Shown here: piece by piece, positions 38,929-52,920 of the stretch | Numbering within the stretch: the first letter of the stretch is position 1 | How the letters are laid out: each line of letters begins with the position of its first letter | Assembly: GCF_009914755.1 (NCBI RefSeq) | Contig: NC_060929.1 | Direction: 5' to 3' (one strand) | DNA: 64,000 nt | From: the human T2T-CHM13v2.0 reference genome, Homo sapiens | Translations under genes and position numbers: made by a program | Notes under the pieces: generated by a model | Databases searched by the model: none | Seen by the model: the letters and a program-made list of their open reading frames with translations, nothing else | What the model was told of the DNA's origin: nothing

Positions 38929-39486
38929 TGTGACAGAACAATTACACAAGTAATTATTACCCCAAGTCCTCATGCCTCCCAGTAGCCATGCCCTTTGTAA
39001 TGTGACTTTGTAGCTTCTCTCATCAAGAGGTGAAGCCTGTTTCCCCCGCCCTTGAATCTGGATTGGCCTTGTAACTTACTTTAGACAAGAGAATGCAGCA
39101 GAAGGAATGGTGTTATAGTTCTCAGAGTAAGGCCCAAGACCTGAGTCCTTCCACCTTCTCACTTGCTTGCATCTCTGCTTCTGTATGAGGACATGAGCAA
39201 GCTAGCCTGTTGGAGGATAAGCCACATAGAGCAGCGCCAAGTCAGCCCATTTGTCTGAGGTGAGGTCCAGACATATGAGAGCACCTATCCAAGACTTACA
39301 AAGCCACCCAGCTAACCCAAAGCTGACCACAGATACATGAGCAAGTCCCACCAAGCTCAGGTCAACGCAGCTGAACCACTTAGCAACCCTTAGACTAGTG
39401 GGCGAAAATCAATGTTTATTGTTGTATGACACTGAAGTGTTAATGATTGTTACACAGCATTAGTGTGGCAACAGATAACCGATACA
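38929..39486 (+). mobile_element. Complete MaLR solo LTR (MLT1F/G/H-like)
   Basis: TG...GATACA termini, CATCAAGAGGTGAAGCC...CCCTTGAATCTG, perfect 5-bp TSD CTGTC (38924-38928, 39487-39491). Confidence 0.92.
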
Positions 39487-39630
39487 CTGTCCCCACCAAA
39501 AGCATCAGAGAGCCCCAGAGCCAGCAGCCTTGGTGGATGGTGCTGAACTTGTAGAGTCATACGGAGATGAGGCAGGAGGTGGTGCCAAAATCTTGGTGGA
39601 GGCCAAACTTGTGGAGACACAGAAACCACA

Positions 39631-40126
<496 letters not shown>

Positions 40127-40741
40127 TTAATCCTCAGTTAGTCACCCTTTTATATGAGTGATTTTAAATGGGTTTCTGTTCCTTAAAGCCATCCTTTATT
40201 ACTATGGGGTAGATAGAGCTCAATGTTTGCCACCCTATAAAAAAAGAATGAACTTCACATATACATGGGAGCCCAAACACTACCCAGAGCTTGACCACAT
40301 GGTGAGAAGCATCAGGATATAGTTCTAGGATCTATGCTCACCTCCACCAGCAAAGCCACTGGGGCTTCTAGTAGGCACCATTTTCATTTCACCCCAGCAG
40401 GTCTTCTTGAAACTCAGCCACACAGATAATTCAGGTGTCCGATCATCAGACCCATCTCCAGGTCTGCACAGCAAAGGCAGCCACTGAAACCTTCCCCAAG
40501 AAGTCTGAGATTCGGTCCTGAAAGCAGATCCATTTCCACAGAATGGCTGTGGGTCCTTCCAAACCTGCGATTCCCAAGTGGTCAGGGTAGTTGGGCAATG
40601 AAATATGAACTCAGCTTCCAGTTGCTGAACGCATGCATCCAGTTTGAATGTGGATTTCTGCAATTCGGTTGACAAAAGAGTGTGTGATAGGGTTTCTTTT
40701 TCCTGCACTCTCAACTACAGATTTACTCAGATGTCTTTTCA

Positions 40742-41088
<347 letters not shown>

Positions 41089-41689
41089 TCACTGGAGAGG
41101 CGGTTGGGGCATGAAGGCTGGGGGATTGTTCAACAGGTCAGGCCTCTTGGAGGTTCTAAAATCTCAAAATTCTTGGATTTGAGGAATTCCAAAATTTCCC
41201 CCAGAAAGCTGCATAAAAGTAAATGGGTTCTTCATACGCAGCTCAAACTTCTCTCAAATATCCCCAAACTGACAATAGAAAGGCACAAATATGAAAGAAC
41301 TCACCATTTCCATGGATTTCCTCTGCCCTCACATCTTGCAATGAATCTCATCTGTGGAATTCACAGCACAGACCTTTCTGATACTTGAAGGATGAAAGGA
41401 GAATCTGGTGGCCTCATTTTCTGACTCAAGGAAAGGGTTAAAACCATTTTTCCTTTTCCCTGCAGGTGCCCCCTCTGGGGCAAATGAACTCAGCTTTTCC
41501 ATGTTTAGAACAAAGGCCTCAAATTCCTTCCTGGCAGGTGTTCATGTATGTGAGCAAATTAGATTTTGAAAGTCTTTTTTGCCACAAGTCTCAGGCCATC
41601 AATGTAGGCTGTATGTTGGAAGTCCCAGGCTAGCCAGCGCCACCTCTCCGAGGCACTGCAAGCTGGAGCAGATGAAAAAGGCAAGTAAG

Positions 41690-41905
41690 AAAACATGGAA
41701 TTCAGAATCAGAAAAGCCTGGCTTCAAATTCCAGCATTGCCACTCTGCAGCTGGGCAACTTTTGACACATCACCCAGCTCCCTGAGCCTCAGTGTCCTCA
41801 TTTGGAAAACAGGGATAATAACGCTTTCCTCACCGGGGTGTTTGAGGATCTGACAAGATGTCACATGTCAAGTGTCTGGCTCTTACTTAGTATTTAATAA
41901 GTGGT
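41690..41905 (+). mobile_element. MIR SINE
   Basis: AATCAGAAAAGCCTGGCTTCAAATTCCAGC...CTGAGCCTCAGTGTCCTCATTTGGAAAACAGGGATAATAA. Confidence 0.88.
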
Positions 41906-41907
41906 TG

Positions 41908-42385
41908 TGTGTTATGCTGGGTTCTTGATTGCAAGCCATGTGGTAATCAAGTGGAATTTATTGGAAGGCTATCAGGGGCTCATAGAATTGGCAGAGAAGA
42001 GTGATGAAGTCTGGAAAATGGCCAGAAACCAAGGGCTTGCCAGAGAGTTAAGCAACAGGGGCCTTAGCAAGGTCACGAGAATGGGTGGCCAGCACGCCAC
42101 CGCTGCCGCTGGCCTGGAGAGCCTCCAGCCGCTCCTCCCGGCCCCAAATCACTCACTCAAGGGTCCAAGTCCTGGAGGGAACATGTGGCTACCCTAGCCT
42201 GGATTATGTGCATACCGTTTGGTTGCAGCTGGAGAAGAGAGGGGGAGAACTGGGTGTTTGTGCTTCTGTGTAAGGGGCAAGTTCATCACCCACTGTGCCG
42301 TGATGGCACACAATGGAGGGTGGGTCTCCATAGGGAATGGAAGTGCTGCTGGCCACTGAACAGTCCCAAGCCCACAAATGCTCAC
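41908..42385 (-). mobile_element. Old MaLR LTR (MLT1L/M-like)
   Basis: GGTTCTTGATTGCAAGC; GAATTTATTGGAAGG; CCTAGCCTGGATTATGTGC. Confidence 0.6.
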
Positions 42386-42544
42386 CGCAAACGTTACTAT
42401 TTAAATCCAGAAGAGAAGGCAGGTGCTTCTTGATAAAACCAGGGCAGAGTTACATGGTGTGGAGGAAAAGGGTGGGCTTGAGTTTCTGGCAAGCTCCATA
42501 TGTAAGGGTTAAAATCACCTGAGGTGAGGGACTCTAAGAGGCGC

Positions 42545-42705
42545 AGTGCTCAAACCTCCACTTGTACTGACTGTGTGACCTTGAGCAAGTGATTTCAGCT
42601 CTCTGAGCTTCCGAGCTCTGAAGGCCCAGTTAGATGATACACCTAGAACACGCCTGGAACGAGAGCGGGTACATGGCAAACACTAAGGAAGATCTAGCTA
42701 CGGCG
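42545..42705 (+). mobile_element. MIR fragment
   Basis: ACTGACTGTGTGACCTTGAGCAAGTGATTTCAGCTCTCTGAGC. Confidence 0.75.
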
Positions 42706-43664
42706 ATTGCAGTGTCTTCTGTTTAGAGAAGAGGACTGGCTTCTCCTGCACCTGAGGCCTGGAGGGTAAAGCAGAGGAGCAGAAGCAATAAACATGGGTA
42801 AGTGAGACTGATGTGTCTGGGGAAGTAAACAGCTTTCTCAGAGAGGCTCAGCCCCCTGTTAAGGGAGCTGGGTCCAAGCTCCTCTGGGGCTTCCAGCAAT
42901 AACACACTGTTATGAGCAACTCCACGAGCCTGGGGCATGAATTTCTCGCCTAACATAAAGATGTCTCTGAACCTAAAATACTCCCCCAAATCACACTCAG
43001 TTCTGTCCTCGGAGGTTTTCCAGGGACATTGAGCAACTTACCTATTTTGCAGCTCGGAGCTTCCCCATCCCACCCACTCGTGACTCTGCTGAAATGTCAC
43101 AGGAATCTCCTGCCCAGCTTCTTGTAACCCGAGAGTTGCCAAGGGCAGCTACCCTACGGAAAGAGATTCTGGTTCAGAGAAAATATTCTAGACAGAGCCG
43201 ACATACATGTCTCTTTCTTTTTTCTGGAAGATGATTTTCCACAGTGAGCCACAAGATCCTTTTTCTAAATGAGAAAATAACAGCTTGCATGTAGCAATTG
43301 AGAGTCATCTACCCCTTATTAACCCGCAGCATTAATTAATTACTTATTCTACATGGCTCACTATCTTACACACCCTTTGAGGGATGATGGGGAAACACCA
43401 AACAAACGTAGGATTTGGTTGTCACTCATTTTCTCCAGGGTTCCAGGTTTCCCACCTTCACTGATTCCCAACAACATAACACAGTGTTACCTTATCGCAT
43501 CCTCATCACATCCTCCTAGAAACCCTTGATTGGCTTTCCATTACCTTCAGGGGCCTCTTAGCACCACGTACAGTCTTCCAGGCCTGGCACCTGCCCACTT
43601 CTCCAGTCTTTCTTCTTTCCCCATCCCTCACGTCTTCTACTCTCCAGCCATTCGCTCATTCACT

Positions 43665-43970
43665 TTCCATTCATTCATTCTTCAAATGCGTACTGGGCAG
43701 CCACTCCAAGTCAGATGCTGTGTTAGCTGCTAGAACCACAGTGCACAGTGGGGGGACAAGACAAACAAGAGCCTTTCTCTTAAGAAGCTTACATGCCAGG
43801 GAATGTAAATAACAATGAGAGAAAGAAAGAGATGAGAGCATTTCTTTCTTTCTGTGAAAAGTGTTGCTAGGAGAATGCCACAGGGCGATGTGATTGAGAG
43901 TGAATGGAAGAGGCCGTGTGCCTTTAATTGGGTGGCCAGGGAAGGAAGGCATGAGTTGAGAACCAGCCAC
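43665..43970 (-). mobile_element. L2 3' end
   Basis: CATTCATTCATTCTTCAAATGCGTACTGGGC...GGGTGGCCAGGGAAG. Confidence 0.72.
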
Positions 43971-45227
43971 TCCAAATTTCTTGCAGTTCCATGATCGTCC
44001 CAGGTTTCATCTATCCTCTGTGCACGTGCATACGCCACTGCCTCCTCCAAAATGCCCACTCCACCCCAGCCCCACAATCCCTCGTCTACTTGTAATCCTG
44101 GCTCAGTTTCATCTCCACAGGGAAGCCATTCCCAGTCTGCCAAGGGCTGACTTGGGCACCCCTTCTCAGTGCTCCCCAGATTCCCTGAGCCTTAGTGCCC
44201 ACTCCACACCTACTCCATCCCTATGACGCCCAGCATCAAGAGAGCAGGACCCAGAAGTCACCCTTGCTTCACGGCGAGTACCTTGGGAAGGAGAGAAATG
44301 CTAAAGCAGGATTGGAGGGCACCCAGTTGGGGTCTGAGCTTGGTGGACATCAACGATTTTTCCAGCAATTTTTGTTTGATTAAATCCCAAAGGACATTTT
44401 TTCCTCCAACTCTTTTTCCTTTAGCATTTAAGCCATATGGTTCTGATTCATTTATACTTAACTAATTACATTGGTTTGGTTAGAGCTATTTGATGTCCGT
44501 GAGTCTTCTGAGCCTTTTCATACAATTTTCTAACTCTTTTTACTGTGAAGCACAAAGTGGTCTTTTGCCAGCTGTAAACAGCACCAGAAGGTTACTGTTT
44601 GGTCTCGGTTTGGTCACTAGGCTGAGGCCCTGTGGTTACAAGGCCTCTGAATTTGGCAAAATGTGTTTTTTGACTCCCAGTGAAATTCTAAGAAGGTTCT
44701 CAGAAAAATATTGAGATGAGAACACATAAATAAGATATCCAGCTCTGGAGCAAGGCCCCTCCCTTTAGAGAAGCCCCCGTTGGGGTCATGGCTTCCGCCT
44801 ACCTTCCCCATCCTCCCAACAGCAACTGGCAGTTGGGTCACTCAATGAAGTCCTGAGGCATTTCACTTCATGATCCCACCCTGTCTCTAGGATCTTAGAA
44901 AGTGGCATTTGTGTAACAGGTAGGATGTTATGGAGATGCCAGTGTTCTGGCCAAGTTGGCCGCAAAGCAGCTCTGTTTTTGTTATAGGAGATGGAAGGAT
45001 CTGAAACCAGCAGAGGGCCCACGGTGTTTCAGGCCCTTTTCAAGGATAAAGGTGTACAAAGATGAAGAAACACAGTCCTTGCCTCCAGGGGTTTAGAGTC
45101 TAGTGTTCCTATAACGTGTAATAGCAATACCTGTTATTGATCAACTTACAATATACCAGGCTCTACACTAAGTGTTTCCAGAATATTATTTCAGCCAATG
45201 TTTGTGATAACTTCAGAGATTGGTACT

Positions 45228-45619
45228 TGTCTTAGTCCATTATCTGTTGCTTATAATAGAATATCTGAAACTGGGCAATCTATAAAGAAAAGGAATCTAT
45301 TTCTTACAGTTATGGAGGCTGCGAAGTCCCAGGTAGAGGGGCCACATCTGGTGAGGGCCTTCTTGCAGGTGGGGACTCTCTGCAGAGTTCCAAGACAGCT
45401 CAGGGCATCACATGGTGAGGGGGCTGAGCTTGGAAACTTAGGTCTCTCCTCCTCCTATAAAGCCACAGTCCCACTCCCATGATAACCCATTAATCCATTT
45501 ATGAGGGCACAGCCCTCATGACCCAATGGCCTCTTAAAGGCCCCACCTGTCAATACTGCCATATTGGGGATTAACTTTCAATATGAGTTTTGGAGGGGAC
45601 ACACATTCCAGCCATAGCA
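45228..45619 (-). mobile_element. Complete MaLR solo LTR (MSTC-like) inserted in a MIR
   Basis: TGTCTTAGTCCAT...CCATAGCA termini; TSD GTACT/ATACT; MIR halves at ~45115-45227 and ~45620-45750. Confidence 0.92.
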
Positions 45620-45914
45620 ATACTCATAATATCTCCCACTGGCCCATGAGGAAAGTGAGTCTCCAAGAGTTCAAGTGACACAAGTGCTAAGCAGGAGAAT
45701 TGGGATTGGAACCCAAGTCAGCCTAATCCCAAAGACCACAATGCATGGAACATGAATAGCTGCTTATAGAGGCTCATGGATTCTGAAAAGGTGCATGCCA
45801 AGAATCAGACCAAAGATCATCAATGCCAAGGTCAAAGAACAAGGCATGAGGCAGGGGGTGGAGGGAGCAGTAGACAGAGACATGAACTAACATCATTGAA
45901 GACCAGGCCCAATA

Positions 45915-46075
45915 ACCCAGCAAGGTCAGCACTATTTATATCCTCATGTTTGTAGATGAGGAAACTGGGAGTCAGACTGGTGAGGTCCCTTGCCCAGGGC
46001 CTGACAGCCAGAAAAAAGGAACACAAGAGCTTGGACCCCGTTCTCTCTGACTCCAAGGTTCTCTCCAACATATCC
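45915..46075 (-). mobile_element. MIR SINE
   Basis: TTTGTAGATGAGGAAACTGGGAG...CTTGCCCAGGG...CTGACTCCAAGG. Confidence 0.8.
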
Positions 46076-46166
46076 TCACAAGTGTGATCTGTCTCCCTAT
46101 GGGGTTAACGATAAAATCACAACCTCCCCCATTCAGCTAAAAATCTCCATAAAGCATAACAGTTCA

Positions 46167-46678
<512 letters not shown>

Positions 46679-46791
46679 ATGAGAAGAGAGCATACAATAG
46701 CCAAATCTGGGTGTAAGCTGAGAGAATAGAAAAGTGAAACCATGAGTCCAAAACGTACCTAGGTTGGTCAAGGGAGAAGAGAGTTTGCTGA

Positions 46792-47424
<633 letters not shown>

Positions 47425-47439
47425 ATCTCTGACTACATC

Positions 47440-47800
47440 TTAAAACTCTCTCTCTCTCACCCAGAATGTTCCAGTCACAAAATCATTTTTAGTTCCTCAA
47501 ATACAGTTTCATTTCCAACTTGGGGCTTTTAGATATGCTGTTTCTCTGCCTACCAGAGTGATCCATCTGGATCCTTTGGTCAAACTTTAGCTCAAATGAC
47601 GTCTCCTCCAACAAGCCTTCTTTGACTGCACACTCTGCAATGGGCCCTCCCACAGCTATCTAGGACAGTCACTCATCTTTCATCACTGACCATGGTTAGT
47701 GTAAATGGGAGTGTCCTCTCATCCATTGTCCATCTTCCCACTTCAGCTATAGCTCCATGAGAGTAATTTGAGCCCCCCATGAAATGTTCCTATGACTCAC
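47440..47800 (+). mobile_element. L2 3' region
   Basis: ATGCTGTTTCTCTGCC...AGCTCAAATGACGTCTCCTC...AAGCCTTCTTTGAC...AGCTCCATGAGAG. Confidence 0.72.
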
Positions 47801-48544
47801 TGACAATTAGGTATGGTCCAAATAGAGCCTTTCTTTCACACAGAGATGTCAACCCCAGCACGGCCCCCTCACAGCTCCTCCTGAAGGGGAAGCCTTAAGT
47901 GAGCCACGTGACAGCACAGTTGATTCAATACTGCATGGCATCAGACCTACCCAGGACCCCAGGCACAGCTGTCGGGACCTGAGATGGACAGCAGGCCTAG
48001 GAATCCACAGACCAACCAGCAACCCGATATGTGTCAGGAAGGGATGAGCTGGGCTAATCCTATTCCTCCTTGGGGAGTTTCCAGTGAGAACCGAAATGGA
48101 AAGGATATCACATGCTGGAGTCAGGGCTGTGGTGGACCATCTGCTCGTGGAGATTTGAGGGAGCAGAACTCATGAGAAGGCAGAGGCCCCAGTTAATGAA
48201 ACTGGAACAGAGTGCACAAGAGCAGAGAGAAACAGAACTGCCACAGAGACACATAGAGCCTCCGGCTCCAGGGCTGTCTCAGTTCCTGCCTGAACCCCAA
48301 TTCCAGTTCCCATCAAGGGAGTTCCTTCAGTGAGTCTCCCTTTCCAGGAGGTAACTAACAGTTACTTGCATCAAAAAGAGCCAAACTGAAGCAGTCTCCA
48401 AACCAAAGTTACATACCAAAAAAGTGTTTGAGCTTGTGGTGGGAGGGTGGGGATGACAATCTCCTACGAACACGAAAATATGAAACAATTTTTTTCTAGC
48501 ACAATTTGTGCTGCAATCAGTATATTTTAAGCATATCAGTCATG

Positions 48545-48968
48545 ACTCTTCCCATTACAGGAGACAGCACTGGCTTCAGGAACTGATGGATCCAGGTGCT
48601 CACGTGTGTCTTCCGTCACCCCTCTGCCTCAGCTTCTCAGAAAGCCTTTCACATTTAGTGGACCCAGTAGCCCACCAGCAGAAAAGAAGCTGTCTTCCCC
48701 AACAGATTCACAAAAGTCCTAGGATTGCAGAACATTAGACAACTTGAACTTTGGTCTGATGAGAACACTCTGATTCATCAAAGCTAGATTATGTGACCAC
48801 CCCTAACATGTGGGTGGGAAGTGGGGAGAGAAGAGAGGAGGTAGTCTCCTCAAACACTTTAAGAGTGGAGTTGAGGTGATTTCCCCAAAGGAAAAATTGG
48901 GGTGCTGTCACCAAAAGAAGAGAGGATGGATAATGAGCAGGCAAAAACCCCAAATGTTCCCCTATGGG
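48545..48968 (-). mobile_element. Old MaLR LTR (MLT1K-like)
   Basis: TGGCTTCAGG...TGGATCCAGGTGCTCA; ACTCTGATT...ATGTGACCACCCCT; TTCCCCAAAGGAAAATTGGGGTGCTGTCACCA. Confidence 0.75.
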
Positions 48969-49204
48969 AGTAAAATCCACTTGAGGCATAGGCCACTTGG
49001 GGAGAAGACCCGTAAGCTCCTTCTCCAGGAGGGTTATCTGATTATAAGAGGAGGCTGGTAACCACTGAGTCTGCACGAAAGCTTTTCCTAGGCCTGGTCC
49101 TTGGGGCTACAGCTTTATTCTAGGGCATGTTTATTTGAGGAACATGGGCTCCTTGAGAAGCACTGGAAACAAGGGGACAGAATGGCTTCTAAATAAAACA
49201 AATC

Positions 49205-49405
49205 CTAGCCTGGAAGTTCTGATCTCTACTCTGCCACCTACCAACTGGGTTGACCTTGGGCAAATCCTCTCACTTCTCTGAGCCTTAGCCTCCTAATCTG
49301 TGAGATGTCAGTAATAGTACCTACCTTGCATGTTCGCCACAGAGATTCAATTAATTTAAATAGGTAGAGGACTTGGGGCAGTGCCTAGGACAACATTACA
49401 CTCAG
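49205..49405 (+). mobile_element. MIR SINE
   Basis: CTCTGCCACCTACC...TGACCTTGGGCAAATCCTCTCACTTCTCTGAGCCT...GTAATAGTACCTACCT. Confidence 0.88.
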
Positions 49406-49406
49406 G

Positions 49407-49512
49407 GATGGTGATGATGATGATTATAATGATGATGATGATGATGATAATGATGATGATGATGATGATCATGATGATAATGGAAAAGAAGATAGAGGAG
49501 GAAGAAGAGGAG
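49407..49512. repeat. (GAT)n trinucleotide repeat followed by a GA-rich tract
   Basis: Read directly; gives the poly-Met/poly-Ile ORFs. Confidence 0.95.
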
Positions 49513-49544
49513 ACAATCATGATGTTGGAGGTAGACTCCAATCT

Positions 49545-49760
49545 TCAGAATCAGAAGCTCAGGGTTGGAAAGGACCTTAAGTAGTCACCCCGCCAACTTC
49601 CACAATCCACCCCAAGACCCTAAGAAATAGGATTTGACATTGCTCAAGTTGAGGAAACTGAGGACGAGCTTGCCCATTGCTGGTCTTTTAGCCAAAGAAG
49701 TGGGAGAGATGGCCATGAAACCCAAGACAGTTAGCTTCAAAGCCTGGGCTCCCTTTACCA
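49545..49760 (-). mobile_element. MIR3/MIRc
   Basis: AGGGTTGGAAAGGACCTTAAG; GAGGAAACTGAGG. Confidence 0.65.
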
Positions 49761-50539
49761 GAGCCTTCTGCCACGAGGCATGTTGATGACTTCTACAGTC
49801 TAGAATGAAGAACTCAGGGTCTCCAAACGAGCCATCTGTGACTTTGTGACTTTGCACCCATGCATTGGCGGAGGAAGTCATTGCATTATAGGACCCTTGC
49901 ATCTTTTCCTTTGGGCTTTCTTTCTACCCTCAGTGAGCATCAAACCAAAGAAAAGCTTCTTAAAAAAAAAGAACACAAGTTATAAGAGCCACCAATATTT
50001 CAAAAACAATTTCACATCTGCACTGAAACTCCTCTACTTACAAACATTCACAGATAAGAACAAAGCCATGCACTAAAGGAAAAGTAGGCCAGCTCCGCCT
50101 GCTTCCCCACAGATGGTGAGCAGCAGTCATGCACATCCATTTTAGTCTTGGCCATCACGTTAGTCATTAGTGTTGGCCCATGAGCTGTTTAAAGAAGTGT
50201 CTTCTTACCATGAAAAGAAGAAAGTCAAAGTAAAAACATCTTTGGATACATTTCTGAATCGCTGAAAAGCACCAAGTAGAGCCAGAATCAATGCCAGCAC
50301 ATCACCGGTCCTTTTGAGAAACTCAACTTTATACAGACATGTATACTGCAGAGACTTAGAAAGAAATAGACTTAAACACAGCCTTTTGGATATGATGTAT
50401 TTGTACATGAATGATTTCTAAATTTCTAACAGCAAAAACAACACTGAGTATTACTTTTAATGCTTTTATTTTAAGCAATGAATGGCATTTTCTAGAATGA
50501 CCCTACTTTGGCAGTTGACTAGACTAGAATGACTCTGAC

Positions 50540-51042
50540 TATGGCAGACATGGTTAGTTGCCTATTCAACAGCTATTCTCCTACACTTTCTTCCTTCCTG
50601 GTGAATTTTCTCTCCAATAGTAGAAGTTGGAAATGGCAGATATTTTCTCAGGTTCCTTTGCATATGCAGCACTGACCAATGGAAATATAAGAAGAAATCT
50701 CTAACCTTACAGACTCCTCAATTAAAGAAATCGATGCAGGAGGAAAGGCCTTGTACTTCCTGGTTTGGATACTGTCCAGTGAAGGCGTGATGTCTAGAGC
50801 CACCACAACTATTTTGCAGCCATGACATGACAAGTCTAAAAACAAAAAGCAACAGGCTATGGACGGCAGAGCTGAAGAACAAAAAGATGCTGGCTTCTTG
50901 ATGACAAGGTTGAGCCATAAACCAATCCCAACACACCTACTCCAGACTTCTTGTTATTGAAGAGAATAAAGGTATTTGATAATTAAACTACTTTTAGTTG
51001 AGTATTCTTTTACTTGCAGCTGAAACCATTCCAACTAATATG
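50540..51042 (+). mobile_element. MaLR solo LTR (MLT1J/I-like)
   Basis: TATGGCAGAC; CTATTTTGCAGCCATGA; CCTACTCCAGACTTCTTGTTA; TTACTTGCAGCTGAAACCATTCCAACTAATA. Confidence 0.82.
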
Positions 51043-51059
51043 TTCATGAAACCTTTCTA

Positions 51060-51510
51060 TGTATGTCTGAGCTGAGACAGAGAGAGGGCCAGTCTGCCCA
51101 GCTCAGGTTTGTACCACATTGACCCCACCTCCCGGCCACAGCTGACTGGACCAGGAATGGACTCCTCATCCAAGCTGAGTTCATCTGAGACTCTCTGCTG
51201 GGAATTGAGGATTGAGATTCAGAGACCATTAGATGGTTTCTGCACATAACTTTGGGAGCTATGTACACAGAAAGACATGGAAAGCTCATGTGTGCACATG
51301 TAAGAAGCAGCACAGAAGATAAACTGATTGGCTTCAGAAAAGAAGAGCAAGATGGAGTACATAGTTGCCTGGTGACCTTGACCTTCCATTTCCTGGTTCC
51401 GGGCCTTCACGACTTTCCATCTATTTACTTTCCACTTTCAGGTCCCATGAAAGACTTCCATTTCCTTTGCTTAAGCTGCTTTGAAATAGGATTCTCTTTA
51501 TCTCTAACAG
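51060..51510 (+). mobile_element. Old MaLR LTR (MLT1M/N-like)
   Basis: GGCCACAGCTGACTGGACCAGGAATGGAC; TTCCTTTGCTTAAGCT. Confidence 0.6.
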
Positions 51511-51599
51511 CTTTGCCAAGACCCCAGGGAGTTGATGGCCAGGCTAGGGTGGAACTTACATGTCCTGACTTGATGCTGCACCCTGCTACCTGCCAAAAC

Positions 51600-51843
51600 T
51601 ACAACTCATATTTATTGAGTATTTGCCAAGCACCACGAACTCTTCTAAAGGACGTCTCATGTTATTTTTAATCCTCACAACAATCCTATGAAATAGGTCC
51701 TGTAGTAGCTCCCGTTTTGCAGAGGAGGAAACTAAGGCACAGAGATTTTAAGTAAATTGCCTAAAACCACACAGCCAGCATGTGTCTGAGCCAGCATTTG
51801 AACTCCAGAGCTCAAGCTTGTCACCACTTTGTTTTACTACCTC
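51600..51843 (-). mobile_element. MIR SINE, near complete
   Basis: ATTTATTGAG...TTTAATCCTCACAACAATCCTATGA...GAGGAAACTAAGGCACAGAGA...TTTGAACTCCAGAG. Confidence 0.92.
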
Positions 51844-52077
51844 CCCTTCCAATTCCTCCTCCCCTCTGTACTGCCCTGTAGACTGACAAATTATCTACAT
51901 GTTTTCAGTGAGTGCATCTGAACTATCTCCTGACCTCCTACGGCCCTCATAATAGCTCCACCTGGCAGCTACTCACTGCCTGAGGAATCCAAGAGGGCTT
52001 CCTGAAAGAGGTGCTATTTGAGTAGATTGTGTAAAGATGAGTCGGAGTTTGCCAAACATTGGAAGAAAGAGAGAGAG

Positions 52078-52430
52078 TGCCTTAGTCAACTGGGACTGCT
52101 ATAACAGAATATCACAGACTGGGTGGCTTATAAACACCAGAAATCAATTCTCATAGTTCTAGAGGCTGGGAATTCCAAGGTCAAGGTGCTGGCAGATTCG
52201 GTGTCTGGTGAGGACCCCCTTCCTGGTTCATAAATAGACATCTCACTGTGTCTTCTCATGGTAGAAGGGACAAGGAAGCTCTCTGGGGCCTTTTTTACAG
52301 GGCACTAACCTCATTCATGAGGGCCATGCCCTCATGCCCTAATCATCTCCCAGAGACCTCACCTCCAAATACCATCACACTGGGCATTAAGATTTCAACA
52401 TATGAATCTGCAGGGAACATAAACATTTTC
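52078..52430 (-). mobile_element. MLT1A/MLT1A0-like solo LTR
   Basis: TGCCTTAGTC...CACAGACTGGGTGGCTTATAAAC...AGTTCTAGAGGCTGGGAA...GGCAGATTCGGTGTCTGGTGAGG...GATTTCAACATATGAAT. Confidence 0.92.
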
Positions 52431-52444
52431 TACAGAGAAGGGCA

Positions 52445-52920
52445 TACTAGTCAGAGTTCATAGTTGCAAGTATAGGTGCTGAATCTGGCTTTTTTAAACA
52501 GGAAAATAATTCATTAAAAGGATGGCAGGAGCTCTCAAAACTGCTGGGAGGGATGGATAACCACGTTCTAGGCAACAAAGCTGAGAGCATTGCCCTAAAG
52601 CATGTCACAGAACTGATCCAATGAGGATATCACTGCCACCTCACCCCCAGCACAGGACACCACAGCTTCCATCACCACAGGGGGTTCCCCGGGTCCCTAC
52701 TATTCTGCTTCAACAGTTCCTGATGTCAAGGCCATGCCAAGTACATCTGATTAGTAGAGTCCGGGTGACATGCCACACCCTAGCTGCAAGACAGGATGAG
52801 AAAGTAGGAGTTGGAATTCTGAGCTCTTATTCCAGGGAATAGACTCTGCACTCACCAAGACTCACAGGAAGGGCATTCAGCTGCTGGGGGCCAAAGACAA
52901 TGTCAAGCATCTACTACAAG
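52445..52920 (-). mobile_element. Old MaLR LTR (MLT1L-like)
   Basis: TAGTCAGAGTT...AGTTGCAAG; CATCTGATTAG...CACCCTAGCTGCAAG. Confidence 0.62.

Noticed and set aside
49356-49584. Poly-Met and poly-Ile ORFs
   Set aside because: Translations of (GAT)n
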